Source: an uncultured archaeon
Lineage (GTDB): Archaea > Asgardarchaeota > Thorarchaeia > Thorarchaeales > Thorarchaeaceae
Length of the DNA stretch: 64,000 bases
NCBI GenBank assembly: GCA_964354495.1
Contig: CAYHAA010000002.1
Span: 80,234 to 144,233, forward strand
Reading direction: 5' to 3'
Of the stretch, positions 19,362-29,532 are shown piece after piece. Position 1 is the first letter of the stretch, and each line of letters begins with the position of its first letter. A program made the translations under genes and the position numbers. Below the pieces are notes generated by a model. The model had not been told where the DNA came from. It saw only the letters and a program-made list of their open reading frames with translations, and made no database searches.

Positions 19362-21632
19362 ATGGGATGTATCGTGAGAACAATGCTAGGGCGCAGTTCC
19401 AATTCGCCACTAAGGCTTTCAAGATTGTTGACAATCATAGTAGGCGCACTACTTGCCACATGCCTTGGATTCTTCCTGCTTCTCAATACCTGGAGCTCTT
19501 CACAGACAATCATTGCATATGATTCTATGCTCGCGTTTCTGGCTATCACTTGCTCAGCAGCTATCCTTGTTCAATATCGAGTACGAGAACATGCGGAACA
19601 GACAGTCTTCCATGCCGCCCTTTTTTTTGCCGCAATAATAAGCATGGGACGAGCAATCATGGCCATCTACGAAAACAACCCGCTATATGAATACAGCAGG
19701 ATTCATCTCTTGATTGATCTAGTCTTCCTTGCGATTTTCTCGTCGCTTGTATTCATTGGAATGGTCATGAAGAAGAGGGGCTGGTTGGAGAACAGAAGAC
19801 AGAGTTCCGTGATACTCATAGTTTCAGCAGTTCTGACTCACATTTTTCTATCTTCTGTCATCATTCCAGAGCTTTCTGAAGACAGCTTCATCATTATGGG
19901 GACAATACTGGGGATTTATAGCGGAATTGTCTTGCCCATGTGTGGGTTCATGTGGTCCGCGACTCCCGGAGGCTCCACTACATACGAAGCCAACCTGCTC
20001 GTTGGGGGTTTTGCTATCTATGGCCTTTCGTTTATTCCTTTTATCGTGACATTATACTTTCCATCTAATGCGTGGACTATATCGTACATACTCTGGTCCA
20101 TGGGCCTGGTCATAATGGGGCTAGCACCCTCTGTTGCTTTTCAGGTCCGGATAGGTATGAAATCATCTCGCGCCTATCTGTTACCGTTAGCCCTTTCTCT
20201 TCTGGTCATCATACCAACAGGTACTACCTTAACCGTTGAAACGTACGTGCCAATTCCGCCAACGGCAAACGTTGCCCTGTTCATTGCGCTCCATCTTGGA
20301 GCATCACTAATTGCCCTCTCAATGGCATTCTTGCTGAACCTCTACAATACTCACCGACCAGCTCCGAGGAGACGTCCTGTAATTTTGCTCTTTATCATAT
20401 GGGCGACAGTCGAATCATATCAGGTGATCAAGGCGGCCCTTATTCATCCCGATGCACTAGAACTCTCCATAATCCCATATCTTGTCGGTTCAATTCTTTT
20501 GCTCGTGCAGCTGCCAAATGCCATCAAATGGACAACCAGCACACCGGAAGTGCAACGAGCTATTTCAAGAAGGGATGTCCTTACCGTGCCGGGCGTTTTC
20601 GCAGCCATCCTGTTCTCAGAATACACTCAGATTCTCATGTATGGCTCTGGAAGTTACTGGGGATTTCAACCACTTTGTCGGACATTACTGTTAGCGACAA
20701 CTCTGCTGAATATGTTCGCCTTTTTCTACTACACATCAGTTCAGATACAGGATGGAAAAGGAAGAATCACTGTAGACTTGTTGGCCACAGGCTTCCTTGC
20801 ACTGTGGATCGTCCCTTCGGTGATCAAAGCCAATTTCCAAGAATGGACACTAGGCTGGTGGTCATCGGAGCTCATTCTGCTATTAGCTATCTTGATGGGG
20901 CCATCCTTTCTTGGACTGATGTATCTCAAAGAGATGAGCCGCGCAGAGGCATCTCAGAAACGTGCAACACTCTTCGCGGATCTCTTGGTTCATGACATAT
21001 CCAATTATCATCAGGCACTCGCATTCAGCATTGGCCTGCTTGAAATGGAGGATGCGGGACCTGTAGTGAAAGAGCAGGCAATCAGAGACTCGAAGAACGA
21101 ACTTCAGCGAGCGGATCATCTAATCAGGAATGTTCGTCAGTTGGGAATGGCAGATCAACTTACTCCAGACCGGCTATCCGCAGTGGATCTGATTCCAATC
21201 CTCCAAGAGGCGTTCCAACTTACATCCAGGAAGAGCCCCAGTCAGGAAGTCAGATTTAAGATCGATTATGAGTATGAAACCTGTCCGGTCTTGGCAAACA
21301 GCCTCTTGATTGATGTCTTCCTGAACATCTTCGATAACGCAATAAAGTACTCCAAAGGTACACCTGAGATAGAGGTGGCAATTACAGAAACTGCTCTGAA
21401 TCACGAGCCATGGTGGAGCATTCGTGTAAGCGACCATGGGGAGGGTATCGACCCCGAACGAAGAACTAGAATGTTCGAGCGATACATGAAGGATGCATCA
21501 GGAACAGGGTTGGGAATGAGCGTGGCAGGGACAATCATACATGCATTCGGAGGTTCAATCAAAGTGGAAGAACGGGTCCCCGGCAACTATCATGAGGGCA
21601 CAGTCTTTACTATACTTGTAAGAAGAGCCTAG
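19362..21632 (+). CDS. Membrane sensor histidine kinase with a large (about 14 TM) N-terminal integral-membrane sensor domain
   Basis: H-box LLVHDISNYHQ, N-box DNAIKYS, G1 DHGEGID and G2 GTGLGMS. The first ~520 aa are almost entirely hydrophobic helices. Confidence 0.7.
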   Translation: MGCIVRTMLGRSSNSPLRLSRLLTIIVGALLATCLGFFLLLNTWSSSQTIIAYDSMLAFLAITCSAAILVQYRVREHAEQTVFHAALFFAAIISMGRAIMAIYENNPLYEYSRIHLLIDLVFLAIFSSLVFIGMVMKKRGWLENRRQSSVILIVSAVLTHIFLSSVIIPELSEDSFIIMGTILGIYSGIVLPMCGFMWSATPGGSTTYEANLLVGGFAIYGLSFIPFIVTLYFPSNAWTISYILWSMGLVIMGLAPSVAFQVRIGMKSSRAYLLPLALSLLVIIPTGTTLTVETYVPIPPTANVALFIALHLGASLIALSMAFLLNLYNTHRPAPRRRPVILLFIIWATVESYQVIKAALIHPDALELSIIPYLVGSILLLVQLPNAIKWTTSTPEVQRAISRRDVLTVPGVFAAILFSEYTQILMYGSGSYWGFQPLCRTLLLATTLLNMFAFFYYTSVQIQDGKGRITVDLLATGFLALWIVPSVIKANFQEWTLGWWSSELILLLAILMGPSFLGLMYLKEMSRAEASQKRATLFADLLVHDISNYHQALAFSIGLLEMEDAGPVVKEQAIRDSKNELQRADHLIRNVRQLGMADQLTPDRLSAVDLIPILQEAFQLTSRKSPSQEVRFKIDYEYETCPVLANSLLIDVFLNIFDNAIKYSKGTPEIEVAITETALNHEPWWSIRVSDHGEGIDPERRTRMFERYMKDASGTGLGMSVAGTIIHAFGGSIKVEERVPGNYHEGTVFTILVRRA

Positions 21633-21708
21633 CATCTACTTCTTGGTCATTTTTTGTCACACCCTTGCGGGATATTGTCTGATGCGTGTCTACGTTGATG
21701 GGTGGATA

Positions 21709-24700
21709 CTAGTCGCGTTTTGGAAGCAATGAACCTAGCAGCCTTCGTATGACTTCGAGAGTCGCCATATCGGGTGGGTCGACAAATAAACAGGATGTCA
21801 TAACGCGCTCCTTCCCAGGCATGATTGCTGAGAACTCATCGACTGCATTCAGAATCACCATATCGCCCAAGCAGACTGAGAGCATATTAACTTCAGTTCC
21901 ATTGACCATGTAACAGAGACCTTTTGTCTTCTTTCTGTTCTTCTCGGGTGCTATCCATATGAGATTGTCAGAAGGCGATACAGCCATGGGAACGTGTCCT
22001 CCTCGAATATCATACATTCTTCCAGACCATTTTGCATGTACTCTTCCACCTGATAGCTCTTTGTCAACTTTGGGGTCGATGAGAATCGATGGGAAGAAGC
22101 GAACAGGCGCAGTTGTGCGATTGAGAATCTGCCACTCGATTACGACAATGGGACAAGCAGGAGCTGTCAAGTACCTCAAGTTAAATTGAATCCCTCTTGT
22201 AATCTGTTGGATTTTTCCCTTCCAGCTAATCTCTACTCCTGACCAAATTCCGCGACTGTAGTTCTTTGCTGACATCTTCTCACTATTTGTACGGGCCTTT
22301 CCCAAAGACTCGCCCATTTCGTCATCAAAGACGACAGGTTGCACTCCGCCATGATAGTTGTCAAAGAATGCCCCAGGGCGTGGAGTTGCCTTCGGGAAGG
22401 AACTTGTCAGAAACTCGACACCTCTCTTATTCTTCAATGAGAACAGACAGCCGCCGTAGTCTTTAGAAACTGCAAACTCAATGCATGCATTTCGCACTCG
22501 GTGAACAATGCATCCCTGTTCTTCTGTTTTTGACACTTCAACGGATTTGCCAGAGCTTCCAAGTTGGACCATGGATATCGGGTCTGAAGTATCGTACTCC
22601 ATTCTTAGATTGCATTGTCCATTATAAACCCCAAATTCATCCTTGATTCTAGGACCCGGAGTGAGGACCAAATCGAGTGATGAATCCTCAGCGAAGTTGA
22701 TTTCTGTCTTGAGTCCATCCAGTTCATGAGAATGGGACTTCAAGACAGCTCTCCATCCTCTTGGCGGCGTCACTTCGAGAACACCCCCATGGGGCGTGTG
22801 CAATGGGCTGTGGATGTGTACCTTTGTATGTGCTTCACCGACATGTGGAAGTATAACAGGATCAGTTGAGATTGTTAGTAGATGTTGGGCAGTTTGCTTC
22901 TTTGAAGCTGACAGTCTCTCTTCATAGTAGTGTGCGACTCGGGACCTCCAAAGTCGCTGAATATCTCTCCAGCTTCGCTTGCCAAAGACCAACCATGAAT
23001 CAGTAATCTTGCGCTTTTCTTGAGGTTCAAGAGTCACGACAGGAAATCCGAGCGCACTCAACTGACCTAGAATGATGTGTATCTCTTCTACTTTATCCAG
23101 ACACCACATCTGAGCCTGCACAGAGTCCTCGTTTTCTACGGCAATCCATCCTTCACTATATGCTTTGGGTTCACTGGGAATAGCTGGAAAGGAAAAGAGG
23201 GTGTTGCCTAGGGGTTCACTAACAACGCCAGACGAGAATGGCACATAAACTTGACCTGCCGCAAAACTGACTCCTCCACCTCTGCCCACTAGACGACCTT
23301 GAAATGTCTGGCTCTCACTACTCGAATTCTCTACCCATTGCTCGTGTTTTATGACTCCTGTGCCGAACTCGAATATTGCCCTATCTTCCACAATGAGGGG
23401 CTTGTCTAGGTGTCTGGCCTGCATAGAAACAACCATTGCAGAATCCGAAGGACTCACAGTCAATTTACGTTCTGCAAATCGAAAAGGACTGAGACCAAAT
23501 GGTGGACCTATCTGAGAACTCTGTGTTATGCTTTGAGATGTTTCTGAATTCACGTCTTGCACTGTGAGAATAGCTCCTTCTCTGGCAAATCGTGCAGTAT
23601 AATGCGGTGAAACAATCACTGCCTCGAGTCTGCGATCATCCTCGCCCACTGCAACGTCCTTCTTTCCGAGGCAGAAGATCGGGATACGAAAATCTCGAGT
23701 TGCTACCTTGATGTCTTTCTCAATATCGAGGGTCAGAGTCAACCAGATATCGTGGGTTCCATCCGCAAGGTCTGCGGATGAGGATACTTCAAGCATAGTG
23801 CCTCCTTGTCCCTTTGCTTTCAGCATGACCTCATCAGGCATCACTTTGATTTGCACGGAACTGGAACTGCTTCGTGCGTCAATATGAGCCAGTGACTCCT
23901 GGTTCAGATTGCTGATGACTGTAATAGGAATTGTACTACTGCCGCCTGCAGCTATACGGCACTCTCCCCAGCGCGTCATAATCTCAGCAGGAGATTGCAC
24001 TTTCAATCCTGTATGCAACATTGAAACCTCGCCATTCATCTCGATTTCTGCGGAAATGGATGGAGCCTTAATGTTGTCCCTAAAGAGAGGCGCCGAGGAA
24101 GTCAAATGAAACGGCACATTCCATACTGATTTTTCGCCGGGTTCGATGACTGCTCTTCTACTTGCATCTGCATCGAACTGCAAACCGGAAAACTCTCTCA
24201 GATTGATGCGCGTCGTCAACTGCTTACCGGAGATGTTGTCGATCTCAAGAGAATAGACATAGGGCAGACCGCAGACAACCTCCTGGGAGTCTACGAGAGC
24301 TGCAATACTAATCTTCTCGCCATTCGATGTGCGTTCTATAGCACTGATGCCTCGAGCGTATCTGTCCACTGTAACAGAAAGAGCCGAATCGCCCATTCGG
24401 AACTCATACGGGTAGATGGCCATTCCATGCTTTTTGAAATCATCCGGAGCCTGGGTTGGATTTCTAATATGCACGTCGTACCATTCGTGAACTCCGTGAA
24501 GTAGATCGAAGAAGGGAGCGCAAAGCGGGTGCTTGAGAATTCCAGGAATATAGTCATACATGCTCAGGCCCTGACCTTCTGGATCCCACATCATACCAAC
24601 TTTCTTGTACAGAGGAACTGCACGTATATTGCCTGGCCACGTGTTGAGATCCACACGCGTGTAGCCACCTGCAGATGCTATTCGGATTGACTCTAGGAGG

Positions 24701-25014
24701 AGTTGTTTGCCGACCTTCTTGCTGAGGGCTTCGGGAGACACTCCAAGTGTACCAACATAGGCAGCTTCGTCATCTCTCCAATGACGATGGACGGTGCATG
24801 AGCCCACGGGCTTGTTGGTTTTCTTGTCAATTGCAACTAAGAGAGCAAGTGCACTGATCTTACCGTATTGTTTCTTGACACGATCAGCAGTATAGGGAAC
24901 TCCCTGAGTGAAACCTCCCGGCCATAGGTCGTCCCAGGTGTTCCACATGTGCGCTATGGCTTCGGCTAAAGACTCATCATACTTCCGTATTTCTATCTGC
25001 ATCGTATCGGACAT
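21709..25014 (-). CDS. Giant (1101 aa) protein with an N-terminal GNAT acetyltransferase domain and a C-terminal region of about 950 aa with no recognisable family
   Basis: The first ~150 aa have GNAT motif A: VGTLGVSPEALSKKVGKQLL. The remainder is soluble with no TM helices and no motifs I recognise. Confidence 0.5.
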   Translation of the reverse strand: MSDTMQIEIRKYDESLAEAIAHMWNTWDDLWPGGFTQGVPYTADRVKKQYGKISALALLVAIDKKTNKPVGSCTVHRHWRDDEAAYVGTLGVSPEALSKKVGKQLLLESIRIASAGGYTRVDLNTWPGNIRAVPLYKKVGMMWDPEGQGLSMYDYIPGILKHPLCAPFFDLLHGVHEWYDVHIRNPTQAPDDFKKHGMAIYPYEFRMGDSALSVTVDRYARGISAIERTSNGEKISIAALVDSQEVVCGLPYVYSLEIDNISGKQLTTRINLREFSGLQFDADASRRAVIEPGEKSVWNVPFHLTSSAPLFRDNIKAPSISAEIEMNGEVSMLHTGLKVQSPAEIMTRWGECRIAAGGSSTIPITVISNLNQESLAHIDARSSSSSVQIKVMPDEVMLKAKGQGGTMLEVSSSADLADGTHDIWLTLTLDIEKDIKVATRDFRIPIFCLGKKDVAVGEDDRRLEAVIVSPHYTARFAREGAILTVQDVNSETSQSITQSSQIGPPFGLSPFRFAERKLTVSPSDSAMVVSMQARHLDKPLIVEDRAIFEFGTGVIKHEQWVENSSSESQTFQGRLVGRGGGVSFAAGQVYVPFSSGVVSEPLGNTLFSFPAIPSEPKAYSEGWIAVENEDSVQAQMWCLDKVEEIHIILGQLSALGFPVVTLEPQEKRKITDSWLVFGKRSWRDIQRLWRSRVAHYYEERLSASKKQTAQHLLTISTDPVILPHVGEAHTKVHIHSPLHTPHGGVLEVTPPRGWRAVLKSHSHELDGLKTEINFAEDSSLDLVLTPGPRIKDEFGVYNGQCNLRMEYDTSDPISMVQLGSSGKSVEVSKTEEQGCIVHRVRNACIEFAVSKDYGGCLFSLKNKRGVEFLTSSFPKATPRPGAFFDNYHGGVQPVVFDDEMGESLGKARTNSEKMSAKNYSRGIWSGVEISWKGKIQQITRGIQFNLRYLTAPACPIVVIEWQILNRTTAPVRFFPSILIDPKVDKELSGGRVHAKWSGRMYDIRGGHVPMAVSPSDNLIWIAPEKNRKKTKGLCYMVNGTEVNMLSVCLGDMVILNAVDEFSAIMPGKERVMTSCLFVDPPDMATLEVIRRLLGSLLPKRD

Positions 25015-25163
25015 GTCACATCAACCCAAGAGATGCTTGTTAAGAAGGAATACGGATTGATTAGTATATTCCTCGGAGCATGGAACGCCAACATGCCTAG
25101 TGCGACTTGTTTCTGCGGCTGTCTGCAGCCAAGAAGGTAGAATCACTAAACTATTCAGAACGT

Positions 25164-25643
25164 CTATTTGTACGCTGGAGGCGGCCAGAATCCTAGAGCC
25201 TGACGCGTGGCCACAATTTCACCAATGTGGTAGGTGTTGTGTTGAGCAATGGACATGATTGCAGCAAAACGCGGAACCTTTGGCCATGCAGGAAGATCTT
25301 CCATTGATTCTATTCTGCTAGCCTGCGTATCTGCTTCGATAAGACCTTGCTCAAACTTCTGAACAAGCTTCAACCAGTCATCGGCATTCTTTGAGATGGT
25401 GTCAGATAGCCAGCTCTTCTCGTTGTTATTAGGCCAGTCGACAGCCTCGCCCCTCAGTGCTTTTAGCATCAATTCCTGCCAATACACGATGTGATGAAGG
25501 ATACTCCAACATGAATGAGTTCCCGGTTTGGGAACCCTGCGGGCTGTGTCCGCAGTCAGACCTCCAATCGCTTTCATTGGGTCGATATGGATGTATTTTC
25601 CTCTGAGTCCTCTCTTGAGAACACCTTCCAGTATCTCGAACAT
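25164..25643 (-). CDS. DinB/YfiT-like (DinB_2) four-helix-bundle protein
   Basis: 159 aa with conserved His residues (HxxxYW...QHNTYHIGE pattern) typical of DinB_2 metal-binding bundles. Confidence 0.45.
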   Translation of the reverse strand: MFEILEGVLKRGLRGKYIHIDPMKAIGGLTADTARRVPKPGTHSCWSILHHIVYWQELMLKALRGEAVDWPNNNEKSWLSDTISKNADDWLKLVQKFEQGLIEADTQASRIESMEDLPAWPKVPRFAAIMSIAQHNTYHIGEIVATRQALGFWPPPAYK

Positions 25644-25791
25644 GCAAATACCATGGTATAGCTTCCTGATGAACCTTGCTGATTGAGTAGTTCAAGTAGA
25701 GCGCCTGATTTCGCAGGAGATAGTCCATCCGAGAGAAACCTATAACTCATCCCATGAAATAGAAGTTCCATCATAAAACGGTTGATGAATC

Positions 25792-26202
25792 ATGAAAGAA
25801 AGCTCTAGTGGAAAAAGAATAGCCACCATGGTAGTAGGCATGATTGTCATAGTCGGTGGTTTCTTTGGAGGATTCATGCAATTCTTTTGGACGGATACCC
25901 ATGATGTGGGAACGATTTTGCTCTATGTTCTAGTTGTCCCAATGATCAGTGCCCTTGTCGGTACTGGCATCATCCTCTATGGGATCCGAGACTCTCTAGG
26001 GCATTTCGGATTGGCAGGGCTGGCTGCAACTCGTCAAGTGGGAAACGTTGCGACGGAGAAATCATACGTTCATGAACCTCCTCGGTTCTGCAAAGACTGC
26101 GGCGCAACTCTTACTGCTAAGGATGTCGAATGGGTGGGGCCACTCACTGTAAAATGTCCATACTGCGGGGCTACTCATCCAACTGAGAAACGCGAAGTCT
26201 AG
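25792..26202 (+). CDS. Small membrane protein (2-3 TM) with a C-terminal Zn-ribbon
   Basis: Hydrophobic N-terminal two thirds. C-terminal CKDCGA...(17 aa)...CPYCGA forms a four-Cys zinc ribbon. Confidence 0.4.
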   Translation: MKESSSGKRIATMVVGMIVIVGGFFGGFMQFFWTDTHDVGTILLYVLVVPMISALVGTGIILYGIRDSLGHFGLAGLAATRQVGNVATEKSYVHEPPRFCKDCGATLTAKDVEWVGPLTVKCPYCGATHPTEKREV

Positions 26203-26212
26203 GCTTCTCATA

Positions 26213-27364
26213 ATGCGCAAGCAAGGTACTGCGAGCGCAATCCACAATCTATATGAAATGAATCACATTTCCAGAATCAGAGGTATCGATATGGATCCCA
26301 GAATCGAAGAGCATGCAAGAATACTCGTTGAATGGAGTACTGAAGTGAAACCAGGAGACATGGTCGTCATCAATGCAACACCAGATGCCCATGAACTCGT
26401 TGTCGCGCTTCACAAGGAGATTGCCAAAGCTGGCGGGAGAGTCGTCACCCTGATGAGCAGTGAGGAGGCTCTTCGAGCGTACTTTGATGGTGCTTCAGAG
26501 GAAACACTGCGCCTAGTCCCGAAACATCTCAAGGCAATAACTGAGAACTGTGATGTCTACATTGCACTACGCTCGCCGGTGAACACGAAAGCACTGGCAA
26601 GTGTCGACCCGAAACGAGTTCTGCTAGATAATAAATCACAGCAGGAAATTCAAGACATACGTCTCGGAAAACGATGGACTCTGTCAGTTCATCCATGTCA
26701 GACATTGGCACAGCAGGCGAATATGAGCCTCGAGGAGTATCGTAACTTTGTTTATGGAGCGACACTTGTCAACTGGGCAGAAGAGAGCAAGATGATGTAT
26801 GTAATGAAAGAGCACCTTGAGAAGCACAATGATATCAGATACATCGGGCCGAAGACTGACCTCTTCGCCTCCACTGAAGGAAGAATCTGGGTAGCGAGCA
26901 TCGGAAAGCACAACATGCCCAGCGGCGAGGTGTTTACTGCTCCGGTCGAGGATAGCGTCGAGGGAAAGATCTACTTTGATATTCCTTTCCTCCAACAGGG
27001 CAAGGTGATAGAGGGAGTCAAGCTTTCCTTTGTGGAGGGTCAGGTCACGGACTTCTCGGCCGAAAAAGAAGAAGCCACGCTCAAGCAAATCATAGAGACT
27101 GATGAAGGTTCCCGCAGACTGGGTGAGATGGCAATTGGTACAAACCGGGGAATCAAACAGTATACGCTTAACATGCTGTTTGATGAAAAGATCGGGGATA
27201 CAGTTCATTGCGCTCTGGGAAGGGCTTACGAAGAATGCAAGGGCATAAACAAGTCCGCCGTTCATGTGGATATGATTAAGTCAATGCATAAAGGCGAGAT
27301 TTATGCCGGCGATGAACTGATCTACAGCAAGGGCAAGTACTTCTACGAAAAAGCAAACAAGTGA
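26213..27364 (+). CDS. Aminopeptidase, M29 family (AmpS / aminopeptidase T-like)
   Basis: Blocks EHARILVEWSTEVKPGDMVVI, a conserved central region and the C-terminal HVDMI typical of Peptidase_M29. The true start is probably an internal ATG near 26279-26291. Confidence 0.6.
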   Translation: MRKQGTASAIHNLYEMNHISRIRGIDMDPRIEEHARILVEWSTEVKPGDMVVINATPDAHELVVALHKEIAKAGGRVVTLMSSEEALRAYFDGASEETLRLVPKHLKAITENCDVYIALRSPVNTKALASVDPKRVLLDNKSQQEIQDIRLGKRWTLSVHPCQTLAQQANMSLEEYRNFVYGATLVNWAEESKMMYVMKEHLEKHNDIRYIGPKTDLFASTEGRIWVASIGKHNMPSGEVFTAPVEDSVEGKIYFDIPFLQQGKVIEGVKLSFVEGQVTDFSAEKEEATLKQIIETDEGSRRLGEMAIGTNRGIKQYTLNMLFDEKIGDTVHCALGRAYEECKGINKSAVHVDMIKSMHKGEIYAGDELIYSKGKYFYEKANK

Positions 27365-27471
27365 ACTGAGAAACTCATGGCCCTGCCTTCGAAGTAGTTC
27401 ACAGCGGCGTTGCCCGGTCAGCTCTAGTGTGGCTTGTCCACCATGGACCAAGGCGATGAAAGAATACTCGA

Positions 27472-28977
27472 TCATTCCGCGATGGTTTCAACAATGTACT
27501 CAATCTCCTCGCTAGGGGCCTCAGAGCTCAATTCATTGGGAAGTTCTTGTTTGGGTAGCACGACAGTTTCTTCAACCCTCTCAGCAATAGGTTTCTCTAA
27601 TGTCAGGGCATATCTGATTATCAGAACGCCACAGAGAGACACGGCTGCACATATGAGAAGTGTCACAGGAAAACCAAAGAGAGGAATCACCCACCCGAGA
27701 ATGGCTATCTGAGGCGTTGACAGAAGCAGCAGAATGGTTGGCTGCAGCGAGTATATGGAGTTTCGATTTCTGTTCGGGATGGCATCAAGTAAGACTCTCT
27801 GTGTCAGGATTTCTGCGAAGCCACCAAAAAACATAGTCACCGTAAATAGACAGAAGAGGACAATAATAGGAATCACATGTTGAATAGGAATCTTGATTAT
27901 TACTAGGCTCGTAAATGGCCACATGAGAGTGAGCATCTGATTAGTGTCAGTCACTGGAGGGAATACAAACATCATGATTGCCAGCAACAAGAAGAAGACG
28001 AAACCGCAAGTCTGCAGTAGTCTGAAACGTGGAATCCATTTCCTTGGCTCGAACTTCTGCGACCACACTCCCGATCTCTCGTTTGCAGCAACGCCCGGAA
28101 TGAATACGATAGTCCGATATGAAGCCACAGCTACATCAGTAATCAAGTAACTGAAGTAGAGAGGGAAGAGAATCAACTGGCCCCAGACTGAGATTGCACT
28201 TGCAGCCAGCATGGTGCCCAGAACGAGGTACTTCACAAAAGGCGTGTGCCACAGGTAGCTGACTCCTTCACGAAGTAGAGAAGTGTATTCGTGCATTGAT
28301 GGGCGCTTCTCCCGCATTGCCTCTACTTCGGGGAAGTCTCTGATGTACCTCAGGACGAGCAAGGCAAAGAAGAAGGCTCCGACAGCCTCAATCTGGAAGA
28401 CAAAGGTACGTTGGAAGACGACGGCAAGGATACTGCCTGGGATAAGAGCAGCAGTTGCAGCTATTTGTGATATCATACCCATCCTACCCCAAAATACGCC
28501 ATACTGTTTCCTCTCTTTGTCTTGTGGCATAGCGACCCTGTAGTTGTTATCGAACCATGCGTTCCAAGCTCCACTGATCTGGGACTGCGCCAAGCCCTGA
28601 ACCACAAAGATTACGACTAGATAGAGAAATGGGGTTGTTGAAGTCACGAACGAAACCAGCAAGAAAGCGACACCGTACAAGGAGTTCCCTATGGCGATTA
28701 CCCACCTCTGCCCAATTGCGTCTCCGAGCGCGCCGCTTGGATAATCAAGAATGGTCTGAGTCACCATTTCTACTGCAACGAGCACTCCCAAGAGACCCAA
28801 GCCTGCAATATATCCTCCAGATCCTCCTAGAGCCTCTGCAATATAGATGGTATAGAATGTGGTGCTCATTGTGAAGATTATGCTGGCTGTCGGCAAGAGG
28901 ATCATCAGGACCCGACCAAGGTGGATTGCTTTATCGTCAGCCTCTGAGAAACCCATGAAACTCGAAGTTCTACTCAT
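27472..28977 (-). CDS. MFS transporter with an acidic C-terminal cytoplasmic tail
   Basis: About 12 TM helices and MFS-like loop motifs. The last ~60 aa are soluble and acidic (EEIEYIVETIAE). Confidence 0.6.
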   Translation of the reverse strand: MSRTSSFMGFSEADDKAIHLGRVLMILLPTASIIFTMSTTFYTIYIAEALGGSGGYIAGLGLLGVLVAVEMVTQTILDYPSGALGDAIGQRWVIAIGNSLYGVAFLLVSFVTSTTPFLYLVVIFVVQGLAQSQISGAWNAWFDNNYRVAMPQDKERKQYGVFWGRMGMISQIAATAALIPGSILAVVFQRTFVFQIEAVGAFFFALLVLRYIRDFPEVEAMREKRPSMHEYTSLLREGVSYLWHTPFVKYLVLGTMLAASAISVWGQLILFPLYFSYLITDVAVASYRTIVFIPGVAANERSGVWSQKFEPRKWIPRFRLLQTCGFVFFLLLAIMMFVFPPVTDTNQMLTLMWPFTSLVIIKIPIQHVIPIIVLFCLFTVTMFFGGFAEILTQRVLLDAIPNRNRNSIYSLQPTILLLLSTPQIAILGWVIPLFGFPVTLLICAAVSLCGVLIIRYALTLEKPIAERVEETVVLPKQELPNELSSEAPSEEIEYIVETIAE

Positions 28978-29189
28978 CTCTTCTATCTCCCCAAGAAGAC
29001 TTCACATTACTGGAAATCACGAGTATATAATGAAAAGGCACTACAGGGGGACACATCGTGGGGACACGTGCTGTGACCCATACTCTATGCCCATGGTAGA
29101 GTCAAGAATGGAAGCAACTTGTCCTAGAGTCAATAGCAAACTTCATCTGCTTAATACGTACAATCTGCATCGGAAGGGGATAGTCACAA

Positions 29190-29519
29190 TTGAAGACAGA
29201 AGGAGAGAGTGCATGTTCATCAGGACTGCTCATTCTCGTAATGCTTGTCACAGTGACTGGAGCGATTGTCAATTGGCCAAATCCCAATCCCACTGTTGAT
29301 ATTGTCTATGGACCAGAGATTGAAACCTCTGCAGGCTCAGAGATTATCTCGACTCCCATTATTCCCAAGACACTGATTACTATTGCTAACATCACATCCT
29401 TCGATTACTGGCGCAAGTATGAGTTTTCTGCGGGCACTTATTCTATTCAGTCTGAGATCAATATCCCTCTATTGAAAGTGACTGAAATACGAATGGGATT
29501 TTTCTTTTTCTATCATTAA
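29190..29519 (+). CDS. Signal-peptide-bearing N-terminal fragment, probably the 5' part of the downstream glycoprotein gene (see findings)
   Basis: N-terminal hydrophobic signal or anchor LLILVMLVTVTGAIV. The ORF ends inside a TTTTTCTTTTTC run 14 bp before the next ORF, which is in another frame. Confidence 0.35.
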   Translation: MKTEGESACSSGLLILVMLVTVTGAIVNWPNPNPTVDIVYGPEIETSAGSEIISTPIIPKTLITIANITSFDYWRKYEFSAGTYSIQSEINIPLLKVTEIRMGFFFFYH

Positions 29520-29532
29520 CGATACAGCTACG

